Source: Paraspadella gotoi (Eukaryota > Animalia > Chaetognatha). From it: 64,000 nucleotides of DNA. The DNA lies in assembly GCA_051294375.1 (NCBI GenBank), contig CM119269.1:15263918-15327917 (forward strand), in the 5' to 3' direction. A program made the translations under genes and the position numbers. Below the pieces are notes generated by a model. It was given only the letters and a program-made list of their open reading frames with translations, was not told where the DNA came from and searched no databases. This document shows, one piece after another, positions 27,799 to 49,425 of this stretch; position 1 is the stretch's first letter, and the number at the start of each line of letters is the position of its first letter.

Positions 27799-28797
27799 CA
27801 CGCGTTGAGCGTCAGCGAGTCGCGTTCCAACGCTTTTTCCTTTCCTTCAGTCATCGCGATTTTCCCTTTCCTCTTCATTTTTCCTCCCTAAAAAAATCCG
27901 GATATGTATCATCAGACGGATGGATATTTCCCAGCGTTTAAAAACAACCATATATTTTAAATGAAAAATTTTGATATTTATTTAGATATAACTTTTTGGA
28001 TGCAAATATACTCGTTTCTTTCCTTTCGCGCAAATTAACAAATTTTAGTCAATAACAGTCGCTTACGCAACAACGGAAACAATTATATCCTCATCGTTAA
28101 TGTATTTAATTTGTTTTTCAATTTTTCCCCCTCGTTTGAATCGAAGCCACGCGAAGGCTGTGCGACACACACACACTCTCAAACACACGCAGACTCGACG
28201 TTCCCCCACCGAGATGGCTTTATCGAAAACCAATGATTCTGAAATCCAGGCCAGAATCGATGCCGAGCGAGCGAAGCCGACCGTTGGATAACCCCACATC
28301 GACCTCGCTCCATAAGCGGAATAACTCTCGCACAAAAACCTCGTCTACATAGTTAAATAAATAAATAAAACGTAATTATTACATAGTTTACAGTTTACAT
28401 AAAAAAAGCGAAAAATGAAAGGTCATTTTGTTCAACGGTTTCGAGAATGTATAAGTATTGAATGTTTAAAATTGCCACAAAATACAAGTTCAAAGTACAT
28501 TCAGTACTTGCAAACTATTTTAAAGAGAGAATAATTTAAAAAATAACCGATAAATACATGAATAATAAAACTGAGATTAAGCCTCAATACTTACTAAAAT
28601 TTCACGCTTTTTTCTTAAATTTTGGCCAAATAAAGATTATGTCCGCGTACAACTCTTTCCCCAATTTCACTCGTAAACCACAACAGCTAATTAATTAATC
28701 CTTTCAACTGCAGATCGCATGAGATCCGACACGCCCACCAGCGAATCGCGTCTCTGTTCATCGGAGAACCTTTTTGTTTGACGCTCTCTTCGCCCGG

Positions 28798-35995
<7,198 letters not shown>

Positions 35996-37335
35996 GACGA
36001 AAATTTAAAAAAAAAAAGTTTTAAAGCGTTCCATAGTCCGGGGTCAAAAAAGTTATTTATCTGTAATAACTTGTTTTTAATTTTCTTATTAATTTGAAGA
36101 AGAAAAAAGATTCGTTTAATAGAATCAATTGGCTATTGGACTTACAGACCGAAAAGGCTTCGGATGATACAATGAAAATCCCCGTAAACCGATTAGCTTC
36201 ATTTTTTTATGGCAAGACCGACCGACGGGGATATAAATGAGTGAAATTAGTTCGGAGCTAAAGCGCGTTCTGTTCTGTTCAGCGCCTCTTCCGGTAATAT
36301 CGTAAATTCGTAATACGGAATACGTGCAACGGTTTCCTCTTTATCATACATTCCTTAAAAAAAAAAAACACTCATTGTTGATGCACGATTATCGTGATGT
36401 TGAAATAAAAACTAAATCATTTTTGTGCCTTTTTAAATTGTCATAAGTTAGACATTTTTTAATGTTTTTATCGAATTCTAATTTCACACGTTTGTATATT
36501 TAGTCTGCGTTTGTTTTTGAGAGTTATATATTTCAAAAGTTAAGAAATCAAGATTATTTTAGGATATAACTAAGAATGAATCATTTCATTAACCTCAAAG
36601 ACTAATGAATTAAGATTTTTAGCTAAAATTGACCTTTTCATGTTTATATGGACCTTTGTTTTTACACAACAGGTTCAACTTTATATAAAAAAAAAATAAT
36701 TGCTTGATACGGTTCTACCCGCGAGTTGTGTCTTTCCGTCTTCGTGTTTTCTTTCCCGTGTTTAGCTTTTTCTGTGAAATTCGTGAAGTTGTCTTTCTTT
36801 TTTTTTATTCCCCACTTTTTTTTTTTTTTTGAATTGCCGTCCTAACTGTCGGCGTCGCCGTCGATGTCTTCGTCGTCGTCGTCGTCGTTGTGATGGAACG
36901 AAAAACAATTTTACGTCGAGTGTCGATTCGTCATGTGATTGATACTTACCTTCGTCTCCCTTTTGAAATGTTTTGGTGTACGCCGTTGTCTGTTGACTTC
37001 CCAATCTAACTTAAAAGCCTTTGTACGAAGTTTCGCCATTGAAATATTTGCTGTGTCTGTCTATTGAAATGTTTAAGAAATTAAACGAAAATTCGATGTT
37101 TTTTTCGGAATTTCAAAATTTCGGCGGAAAGAAAGCTCGGCAGTTGAGCTAGATACCCTTTGTTTTTCCTTCTTTATTTTTTTATTTCTTTCATTTTTCT
37201 TTCTTTTTTCTTTCTTTCTCATTTTTTTTCTTTCAATATATCAATACTGTAAAGTAGGTGAACGCTGAACCGAAAAGCCGAAAAGGACCCGTGTTAGAAC
37301 ATACGAAAATTCGAGAATATCGAGATGAGAGAGAG

Positions 37336-37411
<76 letters not shown>

Positions 37412-38864
37412 CCAGCCAGCCAGCCCTGTCAATCATCTCTTATCATTGCCGACCGAATCTGTGCGAGCGAAATAAATTCTCACCCACATTCATCCCAGTC
37501 CTTACCTTACGTCTCTTCTGCTTTCGCCTCACTTTTGCCCCACCCTCCTCGAGTTCCAACTTATTTCCTTTTAACATTTTCTTCTTTTCCAAGTTCCATT
37601 TCACAACGATAAACGATACAATTCCTTTTTTTCTTTTATTCAATTTTCTCTACATTTCAATTTCAGATTTCTTTTATCATTTGTCATTCCTTCTACATAC
37701 CTTCGGTCTCTTTTTCCTCCTTTTATTCCTTCATTATATCTTTTCTTTATTACATTCTTATCTCCCCTTTCCATGTTACTTTCCCCTTTATTTTCCTCTT
37801 TCCTCCCCGCTTGACTTTGCCTTTCCTTTCCTTCCTCTTTTTCCTTCCTCCCTCCCCTTTCCTCCCTTCTCTCGATTTCCAAAAAAACATTAGGCGAGAA
37901 TGACCTTGGCGTCGAAACTGCAGCTCGAGTTTCTCGCGTTTATCAAAAAAAAAAAAAAAAAAAGAAAGAAAGAAAGAAAAAAGGAAAAAATAAGGAAAGC
38001 GTTCCTCTTTTTTTTTCTTCCCTCAAGATCATGGACGGCGATTGAGATTCGATGCGAAAAACCGAAACGCTTTCGACGGCGAAGAATTTTGACAAATCAC
38101 ATCCCTTCCCCCCCTCCCCCCAGCGCCTACCCCCGGATGTAATAGGGATGCAAAGAAAGACGGCGTGGCCACGATCTCCCCTCGAAATAAGAAACTAAAC
38201 TTTATTTTCCAATGGACGCTCTCGACCGAATGCGTTGGCCTTAAATTCGCCTCCTACCGCCAATCGATTCCGTTACGGACTCTCTAGTCTAGCATCGGCT
38301 TATTTTATTTTTTTTTTTGCTCCGCGATCTATTTCACCTTTTTTTGTAAAACTCGAGCCAGCCTAAGCGCATTTCTCGGAAATCTTCCCCCCCCCCTATT
38401 CTCAACTGCTCAAGAAGAAAAAGAGGGGCGAAGGAATAAACGAAGAAGAAATGACGAACCGCGTGTTGACGCTTTCGACTTCGGCCAGCGCCGCCTGGCG
38501 AATGGCAACCGTAACGAGGTGAGGACATTGTGCTCGTCGTCTTAAGTATTGTTTATTTGTTTATTTGTTTTTGTTTTAGTTCGTTGACAATACGGAATAG
38601 ACTTGACGAGAGTTTAGTCGGGACTTTAAAAACTAAAAAAAGAGAAAGGGACAATATTTGACGTTCGTCGTTTTTAGACGAACCGAGGCGATCCGTTTTT
38701 TTTTCTCCTAAATTGCTTCTATTATAGTTAATAACTATTAGTTATTCTTATTGTTGTTCTCTCTTATGATGCTAGTAAGCAAGCAAGCACGTCGGCCTAT
38801 CGGTCTGTGAGATCATAATCAATAGAATCTGGCAGTGCCACCGAATCCGCCTCACTGCTACTTT

Positions 38865-39125
38865 CACACGGTCCAGCCCATTTGGCCGAGCGGGCTAAAG
38901 CGCCATCCCAATCTTGCGCCTCGGGATCGATCCCTGAGCTTTTCGCATCCTTGATGGAGTCGACTTAAACGTTATGGTGGTGAAAGTGAGATGGTGAGAT
39001 GCATCGAGCGTCACATGCAATCCCAACGTTGTTAAAAGAACCTCATTGCTCGAGCGAAAAAGGTTTCGGATAATCGGTTATTGGTTGTCGGTGCATCAGT
39101 AGATGAGCTAATGAACGGAACTTAA
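38865..39125 (+). mobile_element. tRNA-derived SINE-like element
   Basis: A-box TGGCCGAGCGGG (~38883) and B-box-like GGGATCGATCCC (~38923) at tRNA-like spacing, with no intact cloverleaf. The 3' boundary is approximate. Confidence 0.45.
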
Positions 39126-40702
39126 AGAATTTTCTCGAGCGCTCGAGACGCTAATGAAGAAAGAAAACCGCGTCGCCGTAAGACTAAGACTGTTGCGAAT
39201 TTCATCGTCAGAAAGATTACACCTAAAATCCTTCTAGTTCAAATGAGGGAAGAGGTTACGTAAGTACAATAAGCACTAGCTACGTCAGAAGTTTGTGGAC
39301 GAACAACTACAACACGCAACCTCGGTCAAAATTCGGAAACTTGTTGCGTCCACAAGTTCCCATTTTCTGTTTTTAAACACGAAATGAAAGATCACGCAAT
39401 TTTTTTTTGCGGCGATATCGTGCGTCGTGTGACAATGAGAGCCGATAACACGTGGCGAAAGAAGACAACGGATGGCGAAAGAAGGCAACGGGACGGTAAC
39501 AGATAGGGACAGTCTCAAAAGCCCTGTTGACTGAATTATCGTTTGGCTTCGGATTGACGCGATTCACGTCAGATCGAAGCGACGCCCTTTTCTCTACCCC
39601 ATAGAAGATTGAGTCTTTGTATGAGGAGAATAAAAATGAGCTCAAAAATCGTGCGCCCCGCTGCAGGGCGCCGACTCCGCTGCCGACGCCGCTTTCGGCC
39701 GAAGAGGGCGAGTCTCGGGTCTCTGCGCTATTTTTTTTATTTTCCACCCGGCGTCGACATCGCCACTTTCTTTCGTCGCCTATCGGCGTCAACGCCTGTT
39801 GCCATCGTTTCGCCTCCCAAATTGCCATTTTGCCACATCCAGCGGTCGCGCGCCATCACGAAACGCGAGAGGCGCCTCGTGATCTAGACTCGGTTTCTCT
39901 TCCTCCACCCTGTTAACTCCACACCCTTAAGGCCGCCGGGTACCCGCCCCCCAGGCCGGCATCTTGCTCCCTCATAAACTAAGGAACGGGCGAGTCTTTC
40001 CGGCCCAAGGCCACTCCATCCATAATTCTATATTATGGATAAAAAAAGGGGAGAGAAAAAAAAAAGCGAAGATGAATTGTGCGAGAAATGAATCGCGCGC
40101 GCTATCGCGTAGCACGCTGCGTGCGCGAGAGAGTCCGACATCACTGCGCGTTGTGATAAGTTCCGATCGGCGTTGCTGGCGAGTGGGTGGGGGGGGGAGG
40201 AGAAGTTTAGAAGTCGCGCGACGAGGAGGCGAGAATGAAGGGAAAGGGAGGGAGGAAGTGAAAAGAGTGAAGGAAGGGAAGGAGGAAACGAAGAAGGTAG
40301 GAAAAATAACGAGGAAGTAGGCGAAGTACGGGAGAGGAAGAGGTAGAGAAGAATCGGGAATGGAAGGAAAGAAGCTAAAAAAGAAAAGAAGGAAAAGAGA
40401 AAAGAATGACGGAAAGGTAGGGAAGAGAGAAAGAAAGGAAGGAAGGAAGGAAGCAAAGGGGAAAAAAAGGTAGGGAATGTAGGAAGAGAAAATTGAGGAC
40501 TTTGGGAAAAGGAAGTCGGCGCGGTTGGATGGAAAGGTTTACAGGCTTCCTTGTTTTTTTATCGACGGTNNNNNNNNNNNNNNNNNNNNNNNNNGAAGGA
40601 GAGAAAGTGGGACGGGTTTGGGTTTGGGTGAGGGACAAGGGTGAGGCCGTGTCGGGTAGAACTGTCATGTCAAGGCTGACGAGATGTTCTTTATTTGAGG
40701 GA

Positions 40703-40741
<39 letters not shown>

Positions 40742-40804
40742 AAGAGAGAAGAGAGAGAGAGAGAGAGGAAATTAGGGGTAACTGGGTCAATGGGGTCGTA
40801 TTAG

Positions 40805-41677
40805 TCCGATTCAGATCAAAAGGTAAGGGCTGGTGAGGTTTTTTTTTTTTTTTTTTGTGGGGGGGCGGCATAAGTGCGAATGCACTCTCTCTTTAAACCG
40901 CTGAGCCTCGGTGGGGGGGGGGGTTTGAAGAAGGAAGAATTTCGAAGAGGGTAGAAGTGCGGGAGAATCTGTTTATGGTGGATTTCGCTCTCAAATGAGA
41001 GGAACCATTAAAAGTCTGAAGCGAGGAATGACGTTGAAGAACAAAAGAATAATTAATTTAATTAATTAATTAATTAATAATTAATTAATTAACCATTAAG
41101 TCTGAAGCGAGGATGACGTTGAAACAAAAGAATAATTAATTAATTAATTAATTAATTAATTAATTAATTAATTAATTAATTAATTAACCATTAAAAGTCT
41201 GAAGCGAGGATGACGTTTGAACAAAAAATAATTAATTAATTAATAATTAATTAATTAATTAATTAATTAATTAATTAATTAATTAATTAATTAACCATTA
41301 AAAGTCTGAAGCGAGGATGACGTTGAAACAAAAGAATAATTAATGACCGACGAGGGAGGAGGAGAAAAAGAAGAAGAAGAAGACGACGACGACGACGACG
41401 ACGACGACGAAGATAATACGACGACCTAACGAGACGACCGAAAAGAATAACGTTCGAGACAACATCAGCCGCCGGATATAATGACGACGGCGAACAATAA
41501 AAGGAATAATTAATGACCGCGATAGCAGTTTTAGAGATGGGGGCAACGACGACGACGACGACGACGATGTATATATCCGACGAGACGACGAAAACGCGAT
41601 TCGCGTTATCAGTAGAAAAAGCCAAAAGGGTAGGTTTGACGTCGTTCGCCGTAATTCGCCGTAGTTCGCCATCGTTT

Positions 41678-41747
<70 letters not shown>

Positions 41748-42224
41748 ATTGTCGATATTTATTACTTCTCCGACTAAATACAAATGTTCGCCTTTTCTGA
41801 GACGCAATCTCCGGATTTCGGGACGCGAATACAGATTCCCGAGTCGCCTACCGATCGTTCTCTTTTCTCGAGGGTAAGGTCGAGGCGGGTTAGAGGTGAG
41901 GTGGGTAAGTGCGTAAAGCAGGAAAGGAAGAAATGGAAGTCTTATCATTTTGATTTTTACTTCCGTCTTCCTCCCTGCGAAACCGAGACAGAGATAGAGA
42001 GAGAGATGGTCGGTCGCGGGTGACAGTCCTCGAAAAAAAAAAAAATAACGAAGCCTCGCGCATAACAAAGTCGGCGTTTCTCCGCCATAGCGCCGCTTCT
42101 CTCGCCCGGTTTGCATAGAAAAACGTTGAGTCGAGTCGGGGGCGGCGGCGGCGGCGGCGCCTGCGCTTCTAACGCGGATCGTTCTTTGTCAAGGCGCCTC
42201 ATTTGCATATCGTGCAGTTTTTAC

Positions 42225-42260
<36 letters not shown>

Positions 42261-42709
42261 ATTGTCGATATTTATAATACAAATGTTCGCCTTTTCTGAG
42301 ACGCAATCTCCGGATTTCGCGACGCGAAATACAGATTCCGAGTCGCCTACCGATCGTTCTCTTTCTCGAAGGTAAGGGTCGAGGCGGGTTAGAGGTGAGT
42401 GGGTAAGTGCGTAAAGCAGGAAAGGAAGAAATGGAAGTCTTATCATTTTGATTTTTACTTCCGTCTCTCCTGCGAAAAGCCGAGACAGAATAGAGAGAGA
42501 GATGGTCGGTCGCGGGTGACAGTCCTCGAAAAAAAAAAAAAATAACGAAGCCTCGCGCATAAACAAAGTCGGCGTTTCTCCGCCATAGCGCCGCTTCTCT
42601 CGCCCGGTTTGCATAGAAAAACGTTGAGTCGAGTCGGGGCGGCGGCGGCGGCGCCTGCTCTAACGCGGATGTTCTTAGTCAAGCGCCTCATTTGCATATC
42701 GTGCAGTTT

Positions 42710-42761
<52 letters not shown>

Positions 42762-43961
42762 CGCGCTTTTACTTGAAGAATTTCTTAGCTTTTAACTGTT
42801 AGGCTCGAGCCAAAATTTTCTCGCTCCCGAAATCTTTCGCCGTTTTTTCTCCCCTCGGCTTGGTTCAATTTCTCGTATCCTCTTTCTTCTCTCGTCTATC
42901 TCTTACTCTCTCCTAATATGAGACGAAATTAATTTTCCTGATAAAATTGGGCAAAACCTGATATTTATATTGCTTTTAAAATTGTCCTTCTTTGATGTGT
43001 GTATTTATCGGTTTTTTTTTCATTTTTCGTCAATTTTCAAAATGTTTTTGAATTTTTCCGAAATCGCTGTTATACCTTTTTTCGTGTGTGGCGCGAGAAA
43101 CTTTAAAATGACTTGAGAAAAAAAAATTGAATGTCGGTATTTATTTTTATAAAAATATAAATTAATAAATAATATAATAATAATTGATAAAATAAACGAT
43201 CCCGTTCTCTGAAATTCGCACGCAGCGATCCTGAAAAAAAACTAAATCTCCACGATTTATTGGGGGGAAAGTTGTGTTGAGATTGATGGCGACAGAACGG
43301 TGGGAGGTGGAGGCGGGGGGGGGTGGGGGGTGGGTGAGCGTGGATCGATGTGAGTTGAGGGAGGAGTCGGGGGAAGGGGGCGTATTTGGCGTTTATGCGT
43401 TAAGTGCCAAAGTCGCTCAGCTGCCGACCTTGCAGAACGCAAATTTCGTATCCGACTCCCAGCGGAGAAGAAGAGAGAGGAGAACGAGAGAGAGAGGAGA
43501 GCGCGATGAGAGAGAGAGAGAGATGAGAGAGGAGACGAGATGAGAGAGAGAGGAGAGAGAGAATACACATACTTATTTATATCTGAAGCGAGGATGACGT
43601 TGAAACAAAAGAATAATTAATGACCGACGAGGAGGAGGAGGAGAAAAAGAAGAAGAAGAAGACGACGACGACGACGACGACGACGACGAAGATAATACGA
43701 CGACCTAAACGAGGACGACCGAAAAGAATAACGTTCGAGACAACATCAGCCGCCGGATATAAATGACGACGGCGACAATAAAAGGAATAATTAATGACCG
43801 CGATAGCAGTTTTAGAGATGGGGGCAACGACGACGACGACGACGACGATGTATATATCCGACGAGACGACGAAACGCGATTCGCGTTATCAGTAAGAAAA
43901 GCCAAAAGGGTAGGTTTGACGTCGTTCGCCGTAATTCGCCGTAGTTCGCCATCGTTTCAAG

Positions 43962-44056
<95 letters not shown>

Positions 44057-44521
44057 GTCGATATTTATTACTTCTCCGACTAAATACAAATGTTCGCCTT
44101 TTCTGAGACGCAATCTCCGGATTTCGCGACGCGAATACAGATTCCGAGTCGCCTACCGATCGTTCTCTTTTCTCGAAGGTAAGGGTCGAGGCGGGTTAGA
44201 GGTGAGGTGGGTAAGTGCGTAAAGCAGGAAAGGAAGAAATGGAAGTCTTATCATTTTGATTTTTACTTCCGTCTTCCTCCCTGCGAAACCGAGACAGAGA
44301 TAGAGAGAGAGATGGTCGGTCGCGGGTGACAGTCCTCGAAAAAAAAAAAAATAACGAAGCCTCGCGCATAAACAAAGTCGGCGTTTCTCCGCCATAGCGC
44401 CGCTTCTCTCGCCCGGTTTGCATAGAAAAACGTTGAGTCGAGTCGGGGGCGGCGGCGGCGGCGCCTGCTTCTAACGCGGATCGTTCTTTGTCAAGCGCCT
44501 CATTTGCATATCGTGCAGTTT

Positions 44522-44556
<35 letters not shown>

Positions 44557-46076
44557 NNNNNNNNNNNNNNNNNNNNNNNNNCCCGATTCAGATCAAAAGG
44601 TATGGGTGGTGAGGTTTTGTTTTTTTTTTGGGGTGGGGGGGGCGGGCAATAAGTTGGCGAAATGCATCTTCTTTAAACCGCTGAGCCCTCGGTGGGCGGG
44701 GGGGGTTTGAAGTAAGGAAGAATTCCGAAGCAGAATAATTAATTAAATTATTAAACGATAATTAATTAATTAAGTTAATTAATTAATTAATTAATTAATT
44801 AATTAATTAATTAACCATTAAAAGTCTGAAGCGAGGATGACTTAAACAAAAGAATAATTAATGCCGACGAGGAGTAGGAGGAGAAAAGAAGAAGAAGAAG
44901 ACGACGACGAACGACGACGCACGACGAAACGAAGATAATACGACGACCTTAAAACGAGGAGACGAAAAGATAACGTTCGAGACACTACTTCTACGCCGCC
45001 GATTAAATGATCGACGGCCGACAAATAAAGGAAATAATTAATCGACCCCGCGATAGCAGTTTTTAGAGATGGGGGCAACGACGCGACGACGACGACGTAC
45101 GAACGACGAACGATGGTATTACTCGAGAGACGACGGAAACGCGATTCGCGTTAATCCCAGTAGAAGCCAAAAAGGGTAGGTTTGACGTCGGTTTCGCGGC
45201 GGTAATTCGCCGTGGTAGTTCGCCATCGTTTCAAGGCTTCTCCTCTCTACTCTCTCCTTCTCTCTTGCTCTCTCTCTCTCTCGTCTCTCTCTCTCTCTCT
45301 CTCTCTCCTCTTTCTCTTCTCTCCCTTTGCTCGTCGCTCGGTTTACTTGAAGAATTCTTAGCTTTTAACTGTTAGGCCTCGAGCCAAAATTTTCTCGCTC
45401 CCGAAATCTTTCGCCGTTTTTCTCTCCCTCGACTTGGTTCTTTCTCTATCTCTCTTTCTCTCTCGTCTATTCTTACTCTCTCCTTAATATGAGACGAAAT
45501 CTAATTTTCCTGATAAAATTGGGCAAAACTGATATTTATATTGCTTTTAAATTGTCCTTCTTTGTGTGTGTATTTTATCGGTTTTTTTTCATTTTTCTCA
45601 ATTTCTCAAAATGTTTTTGAATTTTTTCCGAATCGCTGTTATACCTTTTTTCGTGTGTGGCGCGAGAAACTTTAAATGATCTTGAGAAAAAAAATTGAAT
45701 GTCGGTATTTATTTTTATGATAAAATATAAATTAATAAATAATATAATAATAATTGGATAAAATAAACGATCCCGTTCTCTGATAATTCGCACTTGGTGC
45801 AGCGATCCTGAAAAAAAACTAAATCTCCAGCGATTTATTGGGGGGAAAGTTGTTTGAGATTGGACTGGCGACGAACGGTGGGAGGTGGAGGCGGGGGGGG
45901 GGGGGGTGGGTGAGCGTGGATGAGTGAGGTTGAGGGAGGAGTCGGGAAGGGGGGCGTATTTGGCGTTTATGCGTTAAGTGCCAAAGTCGTCGCTGCCGAC
46001 CTGCAGAACGCGAAATTGTATCCGACTCCCGGGAGAGAAGAGAGAGGGAGAGAGAGAGAGAGAGGAGAAGCGCGAG

Positions 46077-46107
<31 letters not shown>

Positions 46108-46140
46108 CGAGGAGGAGAGAGAGAGGAGAGAGAGGAGAGA
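40805..46140 (+). repeat. Tandemly duplicated 0.15-0.8 kb blocks separated by (CT)n/(AG)n tracts
   Basis: Block A ~41305-41680, 43582-43962, 44825-45237; block B ~41745-42225, 42258-42712, 44052-44525; block C ~42768-43560, 45342-46140; block D ~40805-40948, 44583-44730. Confidence 0.85.
41004..41342 (+). repeat. Compound tandem repeat: ~43-bp unit CCATTAAAAGTCTGAAGCGAGGATGACGTTGAAACAAAAGAAT alternating with (AATT)n, 4 copies
   Basis: Directly visible; it recurs at 44730-44860. Confidence 0.85.
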
Positions 46141-46920
46141 GATGGGTAGGTAAATATAGGTGTAGCACTGTTCTGTGGAAGGGTGTGGTGACTCGGGAAG
46201 GGACGTGCGCAGTGAGGAGTGAAAGTGGAAATAAGGATTGCACAGGAAGAAAATCTTTTGAAGTGATTTGTGAAAGAGGCGGAGTGGACTGGAGCGGAGT
46301 GAAACGTGAGAGGGGAGTGGAGTTAAAAGAGCTTATGGAGCGAAGGGGATCGCGAGTGGAGCAGGTGGAAGTCTCGCTAGTGGAGCAGGTGGAAGTCTCG
46401 CCGACTCTCTCAACTTTTTTTTTTGGGTGGCGTCGTTTTATAGCGGTTGCTTTTGCTATTTTTATGCTTTTTTTTTGCTCGAAAGATGTGAATATTTTAG
46501 TTGAAAAATGTTAAGTTTTATCATCATTGTCTATATGACGGAGAAATTTTAAGTGTTTTATCTCTAAACGAGTGAAAAAAGATAAAAGGAAAAATGATAA
46601 GTTTTTTTTTTTTATTTTTACACAGTAATTTTTATTCTCGTTTCTTTTGTCACTCGTTAGTTTTTTTTGTTTTTTGTTTAAATTTCCGTTTATTGTTTTC
46701 TGTTTTCGTTACCCTTTCGTTTGTGTTTTCTACTTAATTTTAATTTTCCCTATCTATTTTCGTTAATCTTCACAAAAACTTTACAAAAATGTCGAGCTCC
46801 ATTTCCTAATCACATCTGTCTCGTCAAACATGAACCGACGGGCAGAGGGATGTGCGGAGAAACGAACGGACGGACGGACAGAAGGACGGATAGTCAGAAA
46901 GACAACCGTCTTCATCTTTG

Positions 46921-47264
46921 TCATCTGTCCCCCCCCCTCAGATCGACGTCGACGCCTCTCATAGAGCGCCGCCTCTCGAGCTCCGTCGCCGCCCCCGCTG
47001 AAGGCAAAGACGACGGCGTCGTCGTCGCATCCAAACCCACCGTCAAAACCGGCGTCAAAACCTTGGGCGCCCTCAACCGAAGCGGCGTCGTCGGCGGCGC
47101 CGACTCCTCGAAATCGAGGGCGCGACGATCGTGGGCGACGTTGAAGAGAATTCTCTTCGGCACCGGGGAGGTGGGGACGGCGGGAGGGTGGGGGCGGTGG
47201 GGAATGTGGGGGCGGTGGGGAATGTGGGGGTGGTGGGAAGGGTTAGGGAGGGGGATTGGGGCTG
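46921..47264 (-). CDS. Possible terminal coding exon of an unidentified gene (P/H-rich, ...PKRILFNVAHDRRALDFEESAP...LRGGDR*)
   Basis: GC-rich open frame with exon-like composition after a possible ctccag acceptor, ending at the TGA at 46921. No recognisable domain. Confidence 0.3.
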
Positions 47265-48727
47265 GAGAAGCTCAAACTGCAATGAAAAATTCTCGGGTAA
47301 GGACGAAGAAAAAGATTGCAAAGTGGGTAAGGTCGCGAAGAGGGCGACCGTTGAAAGTCTTTGACGCCCATAAACGCGTCGGTTCTCCTTTTTTTTTTTG
47401 GTGAAAATCGAGTCTTGTGAGTAACAGCACGCCACGCCCATCGTAAAGGTAGGGGGGGGGGCGCCGCCAAAATAGGTGACGGAAAACGGAAACGTTTGAA
47501 TTCGCCAGGTTTAAATCCGTCGCGGATTTCCGAAAGCACTCCATTCCTGATTTTAGTTTTAAATTTAATAATAATTTAATAATAATAATTTAATAATCTT
47601 TGAGAGAATCTTTAACCCAGTCCCTCACCCTTATCCCTAATCTTATCTTCTAACCCTAAAGCCTAACCCCTAACCTAATCCCTGACCAAATGCTTAACCA
47701 TAGCCCGCAACCTCATATTTAAATAATAAAGCTAATATGGGCCGCTTTTGAAAAATAAGCTACGGTTTCCTCCCCTTCCGCCACTTCTTTCCATTTTTAA
47801 GATTCACGTCATTCCACATTCGGCTCCTTCCGCCGTCTCTCCCGTCACTCCGCTACCTCAACGCCCTCTGGTCGCGACGACGGCGATGTCCACCTTAGCG
47901 AGGATGAAGATGACGTCGGCTCCGGCGAAGGCGACGACGACGGCGACGACGGCGACGACGACGGCGACGACGACGGCGACGCCGATGGACGAAGGTTTTT
48001 ATTTGTTTTTCATTCATTTACTTGGGTTTTTTTACTCATTGATCTATTTACCAATTTTTTAATTTATTTATTTTATTGTGACTGATGGGAACTTTCCGAG
48101 GGCAATCCGTTTCCCTATCGCTTAGACTTAGTGACGTTACGAGGCAACAATGGCAATGGCTTTCGAACGATGGCAGTGGTAGAAGTAGAATGGTGGAATA
48201 GATGTTATTATGGTGGAAAGGTTTGCAATGTACTTGAAATTTATATCCCGGCTGGGTTATGAATGATGGCTTGATGGGAATAGATTTTGATGCCAAATAG
48301 CGGAGTCGATGTTTTTTGGATTTACCATTTTATCATTTGAATCCAGACAAATTCACTTTTCGTTTTCCAGTTTATATGTTGACTATTTAGTTGGGCTTTA
48401 AAACTATTATAATATAGATAATATTATCTATGAACTATGAGAACTGAATGATTTCTTTTTCCTTTCTGCTGACTTAATTTTGGTTTGGATTGTTATACGT
48501 ACGTAAAAATGTATTTTTTCCTCAAAATTAAATAACTGATATCCCAAGGAAGTGAGAGTATTCATATCCGTTAGAATGTTTTTCCCTTGTAGTTTTAAAA
48601 TGTAATGTAGCATGTGAGTTGAATGATGCAGGTCGAAAGCTGCCAACAAAATAAAAAGAAAAAAAAAACAATGAGATAAACAATGAAAAGAAAGAGAGAA
48701 AGGATATGATGAAGGGCGTAGAATAAT

Positions 48728-49047
48728 NNNNNNNNNNNNNNNNNNNNNNNNNNNNNNNNNNNNNNNNNNNNNNNNNNNNNNNNNNNNNNNNNNNNNNNNN
48801 NNNNNNNNNNNNNNNNNNNNNNNNNNNNNNNNNNNNNNNNNNNNNNNNNNNNNNNNNNNNNNNNNNNNNNNNNNNNNNNNNNNNNNNNNNNNNNNNNNNN
48901 NNNNNNNNNNNNNNNNNNNNNNNNNNNNNNNNNNNNNNNNNNNNNNNNNNNNNNNNNNNNNNNNNNNNNNNNNNNNNNNNNNNNNNNNNNNNNNNNNNNN
49001 NNNNNNNNNNNNNNNNNNNNNNNNNNNNNNNNNNNNNNNNNNNNNNN
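48728..49047. other. Assembly gap (other gaps: 40570-40594, 44557-44581, 52264-52565, 60173-60197, 60560-60793)
   Basis: Runs of N. Confidence 0.99.
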
Positions 49048-49387
49048 AAGAAAGAAAGAAAGAAAGAAAGAAAGAAAAAAAGTAAAATAGAAGAAAAAGA
49101 GAGAAAGCGAGAAAGCGAGAAAGAGAGAAAGCGAGAAAGAGAGAAAGAGAGAGAGAGAGACAAAGAAGAGGAAGGGCTTTTCAAATCGGAAGAGTCATTT
49201 CCTGAGAAAGACATCGGAGACAAGATGTGGATGAAGTTTGGAGTCGCAAGGAAAATGGGAGGCGATTGAGAGACGCGGATTTGGCGGGAAAATGAAAGTG
49301 GAAAAGAAAAAGGAAATAAAAAGGAAAGAAAAAGAAAAAGAAAAAGAATGACTGTGGAGAGAAGAGATTTCCCGGTGAAACGATAAC

Positions 49388-49425
<38 letters not shown>

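Noticed and set aside
41004-41342. CRISPR-like repeat/spacer pattern
   Set aside because: The spacers are (AATT)n simple repeats, the context is eukaryotic and there are no cas genes.
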